A stretch of DNA of 64,000 nt from Isurus oxyrinchus (Eukaryota). A program made the translations under genes and the position numbers. The notes under the pieces are model-generated. The model saw nothing but the letters and a program-made list of their open reading frames with translations. It made no database searches and was not told where the DNA came from. The stretch is from the NCBI GenBank assembly GCA_026770705.1, contig JANJGN010000342.1, positions 372,001 to 436,000 on the forward strand, in the 5' to 3' direction. Each line of letters begins with the position of its first letter. Position 1 is the first letter of the stretch. Positions 36,091 to 50,174 of the stretch are shown here, piece after piece.

Positions 36091-37084
36091 ATTACATGGA
36101 ACATACAGCATAGAAGCAGAATATTCAGTGCGAAAAGGATTAGTGCAGTTGTAGTGGAAAGAGTGGAAGTAACACTCAAAGGTTGCAGAAACAAAAGATT
36201 GAAAATTCCCTGGAGATCAAGGAATGTTTCAACCCTTTCCATCCCTAGGAGTAATAAAGCATAGAATTACATTTATATTTACCTCACAACAGGCACAGTT
36301 TCAATTTGTCCATTTTGCTTCCACAAATGATCACAGACTCACTGTATAGACAGGAACTTCTGTGAGATGCTGCTGTGATCATTTGCCAATAAGCTGCCCT
36401 TATTCTCGAGGTGATGTAATCCACATTCCGTCTGATCACATGAGACATATCTCCAGCTGGGAAATGACTTGGACAGTCTAGAATCACTTTATAAACAAGA
36501 GCACACAGCAGAATGGTTATTAATAAATAATTATAATATTAAACGATCTTCAGTTGAAATACATGAATTGTTCTTTTTGGGGTGTTAACACATTCACTGA
36601 AGTTGCAGAAAGACCGTGAGGTGTGTGTGTGCGTGTGTGTGATGGAGAGAGAGAGAGAGAAACGGACAGACAGGCAAACAGACGACAGTGACTTATGCGC
36701 TGCATCAGATAGAGGGGCGAGCGACAGATTGGTAATTGGCACCTTCATCTTAGTAACGATGTATGCCATGACTTTCTATACAATGGCAGAGTAGAAAATG
36801 GGACCAATATTTTTTTTTCTGCATTAAAAGATCGACAGCCATAATTTGAATAAGAGAACATGAAATGCCAAACAATGGTGAAAGTAAATTATTTATATTC
36901 GAGGAATTACAGTGCAAGTGTGAAGAATGATTCTCTTCATGAAAACATACAGAACAGGTGGCATATGATCCGTGATACTGTCAACTACAATTAAACTGAA
37001 TATCAGGCGCTGAATTGGTCGCCGATCTCATGCCGCCCATCTTTGGCCAAGGCCAGGGACCATTTTCTAGCTCATTAACTTTAT

Positions 37085-38545
37085 TTATATTATCTCTATA
37101 TTTCACATGGATGCAGTCTAGCGCAGTAATAACTGAGTCTGGATTAGCTTAATTTAAGCTAAGAAATTGTTTTCTGAAGTAATAATAGAGATCAGGACTA
37201 GTGCAATATAAACTGAAAAGTGTTCCAGTTTAGCATTAAAAAGGCAGAGTCTAGTGCAATAATAACTGCGACTGCATCTTCTGTTACTTGTGAGACATCA
37301 GAGATAGGGCTAACGTAATATAAGCAGAGACATGGAGTAGTGCAGCAACAACTAAAACAAAGCTTAGTGCTGTGTATAGGGACCATTAGTCCAGCGCAGT
37401 AAGAACTGGGACTTTGCCGTATGTAATACAAAAGGAGACATGGTATAGTTCCAGAACAACTGAGATGGGGCCAAGCACTGATATAACTGAGGCAGGAACT
37501 GGTGTAATATTATGACAGGATCCATTTGGATATAAACCGAGACAGGGTCAGGTGCAGCAATACTGAGACAGGGCCGAGTGCACCAAATATTGCTACAACA
37601 TCCTCAATAATTGAAAAGGAAACTGGGTCAAGTTTAATAATTACTGAGACAAGGTCCAGCGTATTAGTAATAGACGTGGCCTTGTGTAAAATAATCACAG
37701 GCATGGTCTGCACTGCATACAAAAATACAGGGTCTATTTCTATATTAACACTTGCAAGGAAACGTCCAGCGGAATGTCAGCAGAGACGTGACCTAGACTG
37801 ACATGAACAGAGAGATGATCTAGTGTAACGTAAATAGAAATGCGATCTCGTGGATTATAAAGTGAGGCAGTGCTGGGTGCAGGAATAGATGAGGCAGTAG
37901 CGTGTGTAATTTGAACAGAGACATGGACTGACGAAGTAATTAAGGAGACAGAATCTAGTGTAAAGAAACTGACACAGGGTCTAGTGCAGTTTAACTTGAT
38001 AACGGACCTTGTGCAATATAAATTAAAATAAGACCTAGTGCAATCACTCCCAGCCAAGTACCTAGATTAATACCAATAGAAACCTGGACAAGTGCGGCAT
38101 GAGAGAGACATGGTATAGTACAAGGACATTGTGTGATATAAACAGAAATTTATATGCGCAGCATTAACTGTGAAATTATCAAGTTCAGTATAAACGTGGC
38201 AGAGTAAAAACTGAGACACAGCCTCGTGTGATGCAACCATGAGCATGTTCTTGTTTAGTATTAAAAGAGACAGGGCCTCGTTCAGTAATAACTGAGACAT
38301 GACCTAATGTCATGTTAGCCGAGAGATGATTCAGTGCGGTCATAACTGAGAGAAGGTTTGATATAATACAAAGAGGGCCCGGATCAGGTATATCAACAAC
38401 AGAGATTAGGCTGAGTAAGGAAACAAATAGACATGACCTGCTGTATAATCATCAGAAATATGACCCTGTGATATGATCAGAGACGGAGTCTAGTTTAATG
38501 TGAACAGAGATAGCGTCCATTTCGGTAACAATTGAGAGAATGCCT
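37085..38545 (-). repeat. 27-bp minisatellite family, antisense, right arm of paralogous unit 1
   Basis: Recurring aactgagacagggcc / ctagtgcaat motifs. Confidence 0.8.
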
Positions 38546-38571
38546 GTTTAATGTAAAGTACCTCGGCTTCA

Positions 38572-38585
38572 CTGCCATCTGCTGG
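38572..38585 (-). promoter_or_regulatory. CTCF-like motif CCAGCAGATGGCAG
   Basis: Matches the CCASYAGRKGGCRS consensus; sits at the outer edge of the repeat arm. Confidence 0.6.
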
Positions 38586-38659
38586 ACACACGTTGCTATT
38601 ATCAATGCCGTTTAAATGCCAATTTCAGTTAATGCTTGTGAGGTCATTGATAAAAATAT

Positions 38660-41200
38660 GAATCATTGAATCATGGAATGCTTGCAGCACAGAAGGAGGC
38701 CTGTAAAGCTTAGGAGATTTTGAGATATAAAACCATTTTGGTTAAAATATCTACGTTCCGAATTCTTGATTTATAATAATGGAGTATTCAATTGCGCCTG
38801 ACCGAACAAGTTCCCAGGTTATCCAATAAGAGGAAACATCCTCTGTACATCCACCCTGTCAAGGACCTCCAAGATCTTACATGTTTCAACCAAGTCGCCT
38901 GTTACTCTCCTAAACTCCAGCCTAGCCTGTCTAATCGTTCCTCATAAAACAATCCGCCCATTCCAGTTATGAATCTGGGAAACCTTCTCTGAACTGATTC
39001 TAATGTATTTACATCCTTCCTTAAACAAGGTGACCAAAACGGCACACAGTACTCCAGATGTGGTCTCACTAGTGCTTTGTATAACCGGAGCATAGCATCC
39101 CTATTTTTAAACTCAATTCCCTTTGCAATCAATGATAACTTCCTATTTACTAATTACTTGCTGTACCTGCATACTAGCCTTTAATGATTCACACACTAAG
39201 ACATCCAGATCACTGAATATCAGAGCTCTGCAATAACTTACCATTTAGATAATATGTTTATCTTTTATTCTTGCTGCCAAAATGGACAATTTCAAATTTT
39301 CAGTATTATACTCCAGACCTTTGCCCACTCTCTTTATCTATCTATGTCTTTTTGTAGCCTCCTTATGTCCACTTCAAAGCTTACTTTTCTACCTATCTTT
39401 GTGTCATCAGCAAATTTGGCAACTATCCCTTCCATCCCTTCATGCAACTCATTTATATAAATTGTAAAGAGTTGAGGTCCTAGCACTGAGTCCTTTGGCA
39501 CACTACTCGTTACACCTTGCCAACCTGAAAAATCCATTTATTCCTGTTAGCCAGCCAATCTTCTATCCATACTAATAAGTTTCCCTATATACCATGGGCT
39601 TTTGGCTTCTGTAATAGCCTTTGATGTGGCACATGATCAAATGCCTTCTGCCATTCTTACTGCAGTATATCGGTTACCATTTATCCACAGCCCATGTTAC
39701 TTCCTCAAAATCATGCTGGTTCTCCCTGATTACCTTGAACTTGTCAAAGTTATCTGGTACAGCTTTTTTCATAGTAGCTTCTAACTTTTCCCCCATAACA
39801 GATGTCAAGCTAACTGGCCTGCAGTTTCCCGCTTCCTGTCTCCTTCTCTTTTCTATCCCAAACTAAAGGGACATCCGCTGAATCTAGTGAGCTTGGAAAA
39901 ACATTAAAGCAATTCCTCAACTATCTCACTAGCCACTTCTTTTCAGACCCCAGGATGAAGTCCATCAGGACCCGGGCAGTTGTCAGCCCACAGCTCCAAC
40001 TATTTACTCAGTACCACTTCTCTGGTGTTTGTAATTTTCCTGAGTTCCTCCCTGCCTTCCATTTCCTGATTTATAGCTGCCTCTGGAATGTTAATTGTTT
40101 CCTCTGTACTAACTACTGATGCAAAGTACCTGTTCGATTCATCTGCCATTTCCGTGGTTTCCATTAACAATTCTTCAGACTCACTTTCTCTGGTGTGAAC
40201 GCTCACTTCAATAACTCGTCTCTTTACAAAAATATATTCATGGAAGCTCTTACTATCTGTTTTTATATTTGTGGCTAACTTTCTGTCATATTCTACTTTA
40301 TTCCCCTCCTTATTAAACATTTAGTCATCTGAAGCTGATCCTTCTCTTCTGCCCAATCTATTGGCATTCCAACTATCATTGCACAATCATATATATGTTT
40401 TCTTTAAATTTTGTACTCTCGTTCACCTTTCTAGGTAACCACGGATGGTGTGTTGTCCCCTGGACCTTATTTGTACTCGCTGGAATGTATATATCCTGTG
40501 TATCTTGATATATCCCCTAAAATTAAAACTATTACTTCGCAATGAACCTATCCCTTAACTTAATTTGCCAATTCACTTTAGTCAGTTCTGCTTATATGCC
40601 CTCATAATTTCCCTCATTCAGTCTTAAAAATATAGTCTCGGACCCACTCCTCTCTCCCTCAAACAGAATGTAAAATTCAATCATACAATAGTCAGTACTA
40701 CCGAGGGCTGCCTTCACCATGATGTCATTAATTAAATCCATCTCATTGCACAATACCAGGTCTGGTATAGCCTGCTTTCTAGTTGGCTCTAAAACTAAGA
40801 AACAATCCCGGAAGCATTCGATCAGCTCCACATCTGGGCTACCTTTACACATCTGACTTTTCCAGTCCATATGTAGTTTAAAAGCTCCCATGATTATGGT
40901 CGTGCCTTTCTGACACGCTCCCGTTATTTCTTCCTTCAAGTTACCGTGTGGTTACTATTAGGAGGCCTGCACACGACTCCTACAAGCGCTGTCTTTACTT
41001 TCCCATTTTTCACCTCTATCCAAAGTGTTTGCACGTCCTGGTTAGATGGGTTTGGCTCATCCCTCTCTATTCTGCTAAGCCACCATTAACTAGCAGATCC
41101 ACCCCTCCGCCATTTCTTCTCCTCATGTCCTTCCAAAATGCCCCTTGATATTCAAGTCCCAATCCATGTCCTCCTGCAGCCATGTCTGCAATGGCGATCA
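38660..41200 (-). mobile_element. CR1 LINE ORF2 (APE endonuclease through RT to 3' end), frameshifted
   Basis: Peptides KYDLIAI, TTIIMGAFKLHMDW, GIVAKFADDTKIGR and GIEFKNRDAMLRLYKALVRPHLEYCVPFWSP. Confidence 0.93.
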
Positions 41201-41869
41201 AATCGTACTTCTTTAATTGTGGATGTGCTCTTATTTGGAAAGAATCAAAATTAACCTCTTTCATTGGCTTGGGGTGAGGCTCATTTGGTGTCACTTCATC
41301 TCTGTGTCTAAAGCCATGAACACTGAAGACAAATCTGTATCTCTTATTCCCTGGGCTCCGGGATGTATATTCAATTGTGAGCAAATAACGCACCCTTGTA
41401 AATACAGAGCTATTGCAAACAATGTTACATCTTCTTATCAACAATACAACTTATCGTATATAGCCACGTCAACACTTGTTTTAGCACCATACCAGAGATG
41501 CAATACATTATTAGTAAATGTTAATAACACCTTCCTACAGTTATGTCAAGACAAAGGCTGCTCTCCAATACAGATCTTCTGCTTTACGGATATGGTTCGT
41601 CAATTGAACCAAGTCATAGATCGTTTAGTTGTAAGATGAGGTGTCGTGTTAATTTAAAGCTGCTGAATTCACCTTTTTTGTTTATCCCTTTGAAACTGAC
41701 AAAGAATCCCTCAATTGCACAATTCAAATAAAACAAATATAATTCATCGAACCTAAGCTTCTCTGTACCTTAAAGTAATTAAGGCAATAACACCGGTTCC
41801 TGCTCCCAGCCTAAAAGCTATATAGCCTCAATAGCAGAAACTCAAACTGAGCTGTAAAGATAAGATAAA

Positions 41870-42540
41870 TATTATTTTGTATCATCATAAAACCATATAA
41901 TATTCGTATATTATCACTACTTAAAGGCCATTCCGTTCGTTCTTACTGTTCTTGTCTTGTGAAGGATTAATTCATCTCCTGCCACCCTCTGTCTGCTCCC
42001 CGTAGGCCAGATGTTTTCCTCCTTTTCATATAATTATCCAATCCCATTTTGAATGGCTCGATTGTCACGGCCTCCACCACATCCTCACGCAGTCCATTCA
42101 AGGTCCTATCCACTCGCTGCATGAATAAAAGCGTTTCCTCATGTCGCTAATGCTTATTTTCCCAATTACCTTAAATCTGTGCCCCTTGGTTCTCGATCCT
42201 TCCACCAATTGGACCGTTTTCTACTTTCATCTCTGTCCAGACCCATCTAGATTTTGAATACATCTATAACTTCTGCCCCAACCTTTTCTCCTCTATGGAA
42301 AGCAGTACCAATTCCTCTCATCTGCCAGTTTAACTGAAGGTCTCCATCCCTGGAACCATTCTCGTGAATCTTTCCTACTCTCTCACTGATACATTCACAC
42401 TTTTCTTAAAGTGTGGTGCCCAGAACTGGACGCAATTCTCATGTTGAGACTTTAACAGTGTTCGAAAAACTCTTTGATTTTGAACTTTGTGCCCCAATTT
42501 ATAAAGCCTCAGATACCATATGATTTATTATCCAGCCTGT
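41870..42540 (-). mobile_element. CR1 3' fragment
   Basis: ttaaatctgtgccccttggttctcg...aagtgtggtgcccagaactggac is antisense CR1 ORF2 end. Confidence 0.75.
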
Positions 42541-42985
42541 CAGTACTAACAACAGAGACAGGGCATCGTGTTCTATAAACAGAACATGGACTCGTGCAGC
42601 ATTCAGTGTGACCTCCTCTAGATTAATATAAACATGGCAGGGTCAACTCAAGTAATAACTGAGGGAAAGCCTCGTGTAATGCAAACAGGCACATGTTCCA
42701 GTTTAGTACAAAGGGGGACATTGTACAAGGTACTATCAATTGGGACATGAAGTTTTGTCATGTTAGCTGAGGCATGGTTGCGTGCAGTCATAACTGTGAG
42801 TGTGTCACAGAACAGAAAGAGGGCTTTGGTTGAGAAGAGATTGGGCCGAATACAGAAATAAGTGAGACATAGCCTCCTCTAATATGATCAATGACACGAC
42901 CTAGTGTTATTTAAACAGGCACGGTGTATGGTTTGATATGAGTGGAGACAGGGCCAATGCAGTAACCATCGAGAAATGCCTGCCT
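42540..42985 (-). repeat. Partial third copy of the antisense repeat arm
   Basis: Colinear with 38130-38560 and 58520-58990 (e.g. gcctcgtgtaatgcaa, gtcatgttagctgag, gtgcagtcataactg). Confidence 0.8.
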
Positions 42986-43012
42986 CACGCAATTTGAACA
43001 ATCACGGTTTCG

Positions 43013-43026
43013 GTTCCATCTGCTGG
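43013..43026 (-). promoter_or_regulatory. CTCF-like motif CCAGCAGATGGAAC
   Basis: Position homologous to 38572; 3' end degenerate. Confidence 0.45.
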
Positions 43027-43084
43027 ACAAACCTTGCTATTGCAGATGCTGTGGAAATGCTGATTTAATTTACTGTTTCTGACA

Positions 43085-45330
43085 GCAATCATAGAATCGA
43101 AGAATTCTTACAGAAAAGTAAGAGGCCATTTGTCTGGTCGATGCTAACCCTCTAAAGGAGCAATTGACCTATTTCCACACGTTTCCCCCTCGTCCAGCAT
43201 TGTTCCCTTTTCCGAAAATGATGCAATTTGTTTTTGAAAGCATCAATTGAATCTGCCTCCACCACACACTCAGCCTGTCCACTCCAAATCCTAACCACTC
43301 ACTGCGCGACAAAAAGTTTATTTTTAAATGTCGCCGTTGCTTCTTTTCCTGATTATCTTAAATCTGTGCCCACTTGTTCTCGAATCTTCCACCATTGGGA
43401 ACTCTTTCTCCCTGCCTACTCTCTCTGGACCGTCATGATTCAGGACAATTTTAACAAATCTTCTTTCAAACAGGGTATGGCATAGGAAGAAAACGATAAT
43501 ATATTTTTGTTGTTGTTACAAGAAAATAACATAGGTGGAGTGTGAAAATTGGATCGAGTGAGGGCAACACCACTGATGCTAGCTGGGCTATAATTGCGTT
43601 AAATATGTATTTTTGTTTCATCTTCTATGAAAGAGGGAACAGTTAATATGTACATTTGATCCGCAAATGAGACCATAGGACTTTCAGGGGCAAATTGCTA
43701 CATTTATTACGTTAGCATCAGCATGGTTGATGAAGAGCTGTGGAAATTCAGCTGAATCACTCCACGGCCCAGATAAGATGCTTCCGAGGATTTTTATGGA
43801 ATTAAGCTAAAATATGCAGGTTCTCAGTCATAAATCTGTGAAAAATGCTTGCATTCTGCAAAGACGCCTGGCGAGCAGATAAAATAAAATGCAGCGTTTA
43901 TTGTTCTTTGGTAAAATGCTTGCAAAAGTAAGTCAGGAAATCACAATGAGTTACCCCTCGTAAACCCGTAAGAAAGGAAGGTTTATGGGGCATGTGGAGA
44001 GAAGGAGAACCTTTCATTGCAATCAGTAAGTGTCCATGAAGGGAAGGACTCGCTTATCTAGCTGACTGATCACTCTGAACGTGAGCAAAACGAGCTTCAT
44101 GGGTCAAGAGAGACAGTGGATGTGATGCATTTGGATTTCTGCAGGCTTTCTAAACAGTTCCTCTGGAAAGGATGGGACCCTGGAAGAAATATCGCCACAA
44201 TCAGAGGGAGGACAGCCAGGGAATCGGAATTAGTTGATTGACAGATTCCAGATTGTAATGATACAGGGATTGTATTCGAACAGGAAGAATATGAACATTG
44301 GGATCCCATATTGTTCTGTTTCATTCCGCATTAGTTTAAGATTCTGACAAATGAAGCCAGAAGATCAATGCTTACAACTGCAGCGAGGGAAAAGGCTACT
44401 GAAGATCACAGGTGCACATCTGATCAGGGTAAGCTATGGGCGGATTTAAATACGTGAAAAATGGGCAGAAAGGCAGTGGATAACATTCCTCGGAGAGGAA
44501 TTCAAAATGTGTCACATGGAGATAAGGAATTAAGGAAGGAAAAATCACACATGGAAAAAATAACCTGTATGGAAAAAGAATAAAAACTGGTTTCTGACTG
44601 ACAAGAGTTGATTATCTTTCAACCATGAGCAAAGCAAACGAGGCCCTGGGACGGACACCGATTCCCTCTCTCCACGCTTCCTGACACCTTCCCCGGCATA
44701 GTGCCAGTCTTGCCACCTTCCAGCCTGCTCTAATGGAGCTGGAAAGTTCAGGTTAATATTCCACTGTGTTTTCGATCTATGGAGCAGACTCTCGAAAGCG
44801 TGGAAGCTGTTCCAAGGGGGGAAATTATATATATCAAACATTGATTCTTACAGGAACACAAAGATAGGAGCAGGAATAGGCGGAATGGCCGTCGATCTGC
44901 TCTGTCATTCAGAACTTGTGCTTCAACTCCTTGTTTCCGCCCTTTGCCCATATCCCTTAAATCCCCGAGACACTGTAACCCAGCCTATCCCGAACTGAAT
45001 TGGATGGAGAATCCAGAGCTCTCTGAGGTAGGGAATTCCAAAGGTTCACAACACTTTGAGTGAAGTAATTCCTCCTCATCTCAGACCAAAATGTTCGGCC
45101 CCTTATCCTGGGATCGTTCCCCGTGTTTTAGATTCGCTGACCAGGCTGTAAAGATGTGAAAATAAATTCTCTCCCATATATTGTTTGTGTTTGATATGTA
45201 TAATTTCCCCCCTTGGACCAAGAATATGAGAAATGGAGAACATTATCTTGGAGACATAAATAGTAAAAAAGCTTTAACAAGATCCAATGTGTCGGGTTGA
45301 ACATTGACAATGTATTGCAGAGGAATTACA
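43085..45330. mobile_element. Several decayed CR1 pieces (43085-43470 minus, ~43560-44500 plus, 44820-45330 minus)
   Basis: CR1 3' tails and RT remnants (gtggatgtgatgcatttggatttctgcaggctttc ~ VDVxYLDFxKAF). Confidence 0.7.
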
Positions 45331-45636
45331 GAATACAGCAAAGTTTAAATACTCCCATTCTGAATGAGATTAGAGTCTGATAACTGTACCAAATGTGCCC
45401 ATTGCAGTCTGAAATAACTCCCAACAACCAGCTTCAACCAATACCTCCAATGGGGAATGATGAGAGAGTTCATGTACAGGGTCAGGTGGTAAAAGAGCGA
45501 ACCCTGCTGCGAACTTCAATCCGACAGAGTATTGTTCCATATACATAATTCGTCAGTATGTTTTAAAATGCAACCATGCAGTAACGGAACTTCTCTGAGG
45601 CTGGCAAACAGCAGCGCCTGTAGTGGCGGTGAGGTG

Positions 45637-45650
45637 CCAGCAGAGGGTAG
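45637..45650 (+). promoter_or_regulatory. CTCF-like motif CCAGCAGAGGGTAG
   Basis: One mismatch to CCAGCAGAGGGCAG. Confidence 0.45.
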
Positions 45651-45779
45651 CATTGCATTACTTTAATCACAACACAATGAAACGGATTTGAGACGAGGCT
45701 TTGACCCTTTTAATTCATTCATGCGGTACTCTTTGCCATTGAATAAATTCATTTATCTAAAATTCTTCAGCAGGAATAC

Positions 45780-46455
45780 TTGCAGCATGTATCATAAATG
45801 CATTGTCAGTATCCTGGAGGTTACTATTGACCAGAAACTAAATTCGGCTAGCCATATAAATACTGTCGCCACAAGTGCAGGTCAGAGAGGCTGGGGATTG
45901 TGCGATGAGTAACTCACCTCCTGACTCCCCAAAGCCTGTCCACCATCTAAAGGCACAAGTCAGGAGTGTGATGGAGTACTCTCCTCTTGCCTGGATTTGT
46001 GCATCTCCTAAACACAAACTCAAGAAGCTTGACACCAAAGCAGCCCACTTGATTGGCACCTCATCCACAAACATTCACTCCCTCCACCACCGACGCACAG
46101 TAACAGCAGTGTGTACCATCTACAAGATAAACTGTAGGAATTCACCAAGTCTCCTTCGACAGCACCTTCCAAACCCATCCAGAAGGACAACGGCAGCAGA
46201 CACATGGGAGCACCAGTACCTGGAAATTCCCCTCCAAGTCGCTCACCATCCTGACTTGGAAAAATATTGCCCTTCTTTCACTTCGCTGGGTCAAAACCCT
46301 GGAACTCCATTCCAAACAGCACTGTGGGTGTACCTAAACCACATGGACTGCAGCGGCTCAAGAAGGCAGCTCACCACCAACTTCTAAGGGGCAACTGGGG
46401 AAGGGCAATACATGCTGGCTCACCAGTGATGCCCATATCCTGTGAAATGAATTAA
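45780..46455 (+). mobile_element. Family A LINE 3' portion with tail
   Basis: Peptides ILEVTIDQKLNSASHINTVAT and KAQVRSVMEYSPLAW; tail aaggcagctcaccaccaacttctaaggggcaact. Confidence 0.88.
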
Positions 46456-47574
46456 ATATGCCAAAGTACCAATAAATCGACAACTGTCCCAGGTTTATGA
46501 CTGTTGACAATGTCACTGCAGTTGCATCCCTGTTGGCAAGTTAATGCTGTTCCATGTACGAGTCACTGATATGGGACTGCAGTGTGATTAACCAGCAAAC
46601 TGAGAGCCTGGTCACTCCCTGCTCACTACATGAATATCAGATCGCAGCTCCAGTTAACTGACTATCGCTGGGGGTGGGGGGCTCAGTGGTATCCAGGATA
46701 GATGAGGGAGATATGAAGTTAGCCTGACAGATCTCAACCCCCTTGAGAATGAACTCTTTCTCACCCGTGTTCTCCTCTTTCAATGAGACGGGCACTTTGC
46801 TGGTGAAGAGGGTGATCTGGAGACCAGTGAGCCTCGATTTATCCTGAACGAATGTGTCTGCCATCTTATAGCCTTCGAATTCGTCACCACTCACTTGTGC
46901 TTGAAATTGACCTTGAGCGACTGCTGGTGAAATACAGAATGGAATGTCTTCTGCCCCATCGGCATCCGCCCACCAACATAAACTGTTCTTAGTCAAATAT
47001 TGCTAACAGCCGAGCGTTTTCCAGGTACCATACACTCTCTCCTTAATGCATTCATGGCTCATATCTGTCACTAGGTCAGTTCACATTTTTTAAAGTTTCT
47101 TAAATCGCTGCTATCCATTTGTCCCTTTGTTCTATATTCGGTCAAGTTGACCAGTTGAAACGACCTGAATGGCGATGGTCGGATCTGAATGACCATGTCC
47201 GTCGTGTCTGATATTGCTCACATGCTGTCTCCCTCTCACTGCCTGAACCTGTTCCCACATTTCCCATTACTGCTGGGCTCATCCTGGGGCACTGTAGCCA
47301 TTTGCGAGACATGAGACTTTGGAACTTTTTAAATGTTTTATTTTTTTCTAAATATTAAAGATTTACATTGAAATGTACCCACCCTGTGTCTTGTCTTTAG
47401 ATCCTGAATTGTTTTACTCAGCTCAATGTTATTGTGAAATACTCAGTCAGGCCCTTAAATTATCACTTTAGCATTAGTCATTGTACCGAGGATGATGTCC
47501 GGATTGAAGCTCCACCCTAGGCCCAATAGGGCTGTGCAGGACTGAGCACTGCACACTTGCAGGTGTCCCATTTT

Positions 47575-47965
47575 ATTTTGTTTTTCTCTTTATGGTATGT
47601 GGACATCACTGGCAAGACCAGCATTTTCTGTCCACTCCTAATTGCCATTGAACTGAGTGGCCTGCTGGGGCAAATTTCCTGGGGCATTTAAGAGTCAGCC
47701 ACATTTACGGTGGGTCTGGAGTCACATGCAGCCCAGACCGAGTAAGGACAACAGGTTTCCTTCCCGAAAGGACAATATTGAGCCAGATGGGTTTTTACAA
47801 CAATCGATGAGTTTCATCGTTGCCATTACTGAGACGAGCTTCGTTTTCTAGACTTGGTGAATTTAAATTGCACGAACTGCTGTAGTGGGATTTGAGCCAA
47901 TGAGCATTAGCCTGGCTCTCTGGATTACTCGTCCAGTGAGGTTACCACTAATCCTCCATCTCCCC
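47575..47965 (-). mobile_element. Near full-length tRNA-derived SINE
   Basis: Antisense head (ggctcaaatcccactacagcag), body, and LINE-like tail (caatggcaattaggagtggacagaaaatgctgg). Confidence 0.75.
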
Positions 47966-48019
47966 GAGGTAGAATTCAGAGGCAGTTGAATTCAGAACCA
48001 TGAGAAAAGGTAATTCTTT

Positions 48020-49650
48020 TATTTGTTTACAGGATGTGGGCATCACTGGCTGGGCCAGCATTTATTCTCATCCCTAATTACCCTTGAAGATGGTGATGAG
48101 CTACTTCCTTGAACCAAGGTCGGCATTTGCTGTCCACTCCTAATTGTGAAGTCATGTTAGGGGACATTAAAGTATCAACCACACTTGCTGTGGATCTGGT
48201 GTCATATGTAGGCCAGGAGAGGATGGCAGGTTTTTTTCACTAAAGGACAAATGAAACCAATTCATGTGGTGTAGATACAACCACAATGCTGCTGGGTAGT
48301 TCCGGGATTTTGACCCAGCGACAGTGCAGGAACGGCTATAATTTTCCAACTCAGGATGGTGAGTAACTTGGAGGGGAACTTCCAGGAGGTGGTGTCCCAT
48401 TGTCTCTGCTGCCCTTGTCCTACTAGATGGTAATGGCCGTGGGTTTGAAAGGTGCTGCTGAAGGATCTTTGGTGATTTCCTGCAGTGCATCTTGTAGATG
48501 GTACACACTATTGCCACTGTGCGTCGGTGGCGGAGGGAGTGAATGTTTGTGGATGTGGTGTCGATTGACCAGCTGCTTTGTCCTCGGTCGTGTGAGGATT
48601 ATTGCGTACAGTGGGAGCTGTACTCATGCAGGCAAGTGGGGACTATTCCATCACACTCCTGACTTTTGCCTTGTAGATGCTGGACAGGCTTTAGGCAGTC
48701 AGGAGACGGGTTACTCGCTGCAGGATTCACAGCCTCTGACCTGCTCTTGTAGACACAGTATTTATGTGGATAGTCCAGTTCAGTTTATGGTCAAGGGTAA
48801 CCGCCAGGTTGTTAATAGTGGGGGATTCAGTGACCGTAATCCCATTGAATGTCAAAGGGCGATGGTTAGGTTCCCTCTTGTTGGACAGGGTCATTGCCTG
48901 ACACTTGTGTGGTGTGATTGTTAATTACCACTTGTCAACCCAAGCCTGGATATTGTCCAGGTCTTGCTGCATTTGGACATGGACTGCTTCAGTGTCTGAG
49001 GAGTCACAAATGGTGCTGAATATTGTGCAATCACCAGCGAAAATCCCCACTTCTGACCTTATGATGGAAATAAGGTCATTGATGAAGTAGCTGAAGATAG
49101 TTAGGCCAAGGACACTCCTCTGAGGAACTCCTGCAGTGATGTCCTGGAGCTGCGTTGACTGACCTCCAACAATTACAGCCATCTCCCTTTGTGCTAAGTA
49201 TGACTCCAACTGGTGGAGAGTTTTCCCCCGATTCCCATTGACTCACTTTTGCTAGGGCTCCTTGATATCAAGGGCAGTCACAGGCACCTCACCTCGAGAG
49301 TTCAGCTATTCTGTCCATGTTTGAACTAAGGTTGTAATGAGGTCAGGAGCTGAGTCGCCCTAGCAGAAACCAAACTGGGCATCAGTGTGCAGATTATTAC
49401 TAAAGTGCTGCTTGATAGCACTGATGACCCCTTCCGTTACTTTACTGATGATGGAGAGCTGGCTGATGGGGTGGCAATTGGCTGGGTTGGATTTGTCCTG
49501 TTTTTTGCGCACTGGGCAAATTTTCCACATAACCGGGTAGATGCCAGTGTTCTAGATTTACTGAAAGAGCTTGGCTAGGGGTGCGGCAAGTTCTGGAGCT
49601 CAAGCCTTCATTACTGTAGCTGGAATATTGTCAGGGCCCATACCTCTTAC
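48020..49650 (-). mobile_element. Family A LINE RT region with 3' end and a nested SINE piece (~48110-48270)
   Basis: Peptide ESYLAQREMAVIVGGQS..ITAGVPQRSVLGLTIFSYFINDLISIIRSEVGIFAGDC. Confidence 0.9.
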
Positions 49651-50174
49651 AGTACCCATTGCCTCTTGGGTGAGGAATAGCAGCGGAGTGGTGAGGTAGG
49701 GACATGAGTGTTTTGACACATCAAGTGGTAATGACCTGGAGCTCGCTGCTCCCCAGGGTGATCCAAGTGGAAATGAATGATTTCTGAATGAAACTGGACC
49801 GTTGAGGCAAGGCCGCTTTCTGGACTATATCAACTGCATGGGAATGAATAGGACTGCCCTGTGGGAGCTCGCATTGACAGTGAGCTGAATGGCCTTCAGA
49901 TGGGACATAAAAGACTGACTCCAGGTCGGAAGAGGAGGGTTCGTCGAAGATTAAAAATGAACTGATTTTCTGCTGTACTAACTTGGCCTAACACTCGTGC
50001 CTCTCTCTGAAGTCAGGAACGATCATTTTCCCTGGTGAGGGGCCATCGTGTTCAATGTTGGTGATCGGCGAGACCCTAATGTAAGAGTTGGAGTGACCCT
50101 GACTTAGAGTCAAAGTCAACAAGGCTGAGCGACATTGAATGTCGGATATCGCTGATTAATTGTACCTAACGTTT

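Noticed and set aside
44545-44841. Peptide CSWLKDNQLL resembling an I-set Ig strand
   Set aside because: A single short motif without the other Ig-fold landmarks, embedded among CR1 debris.
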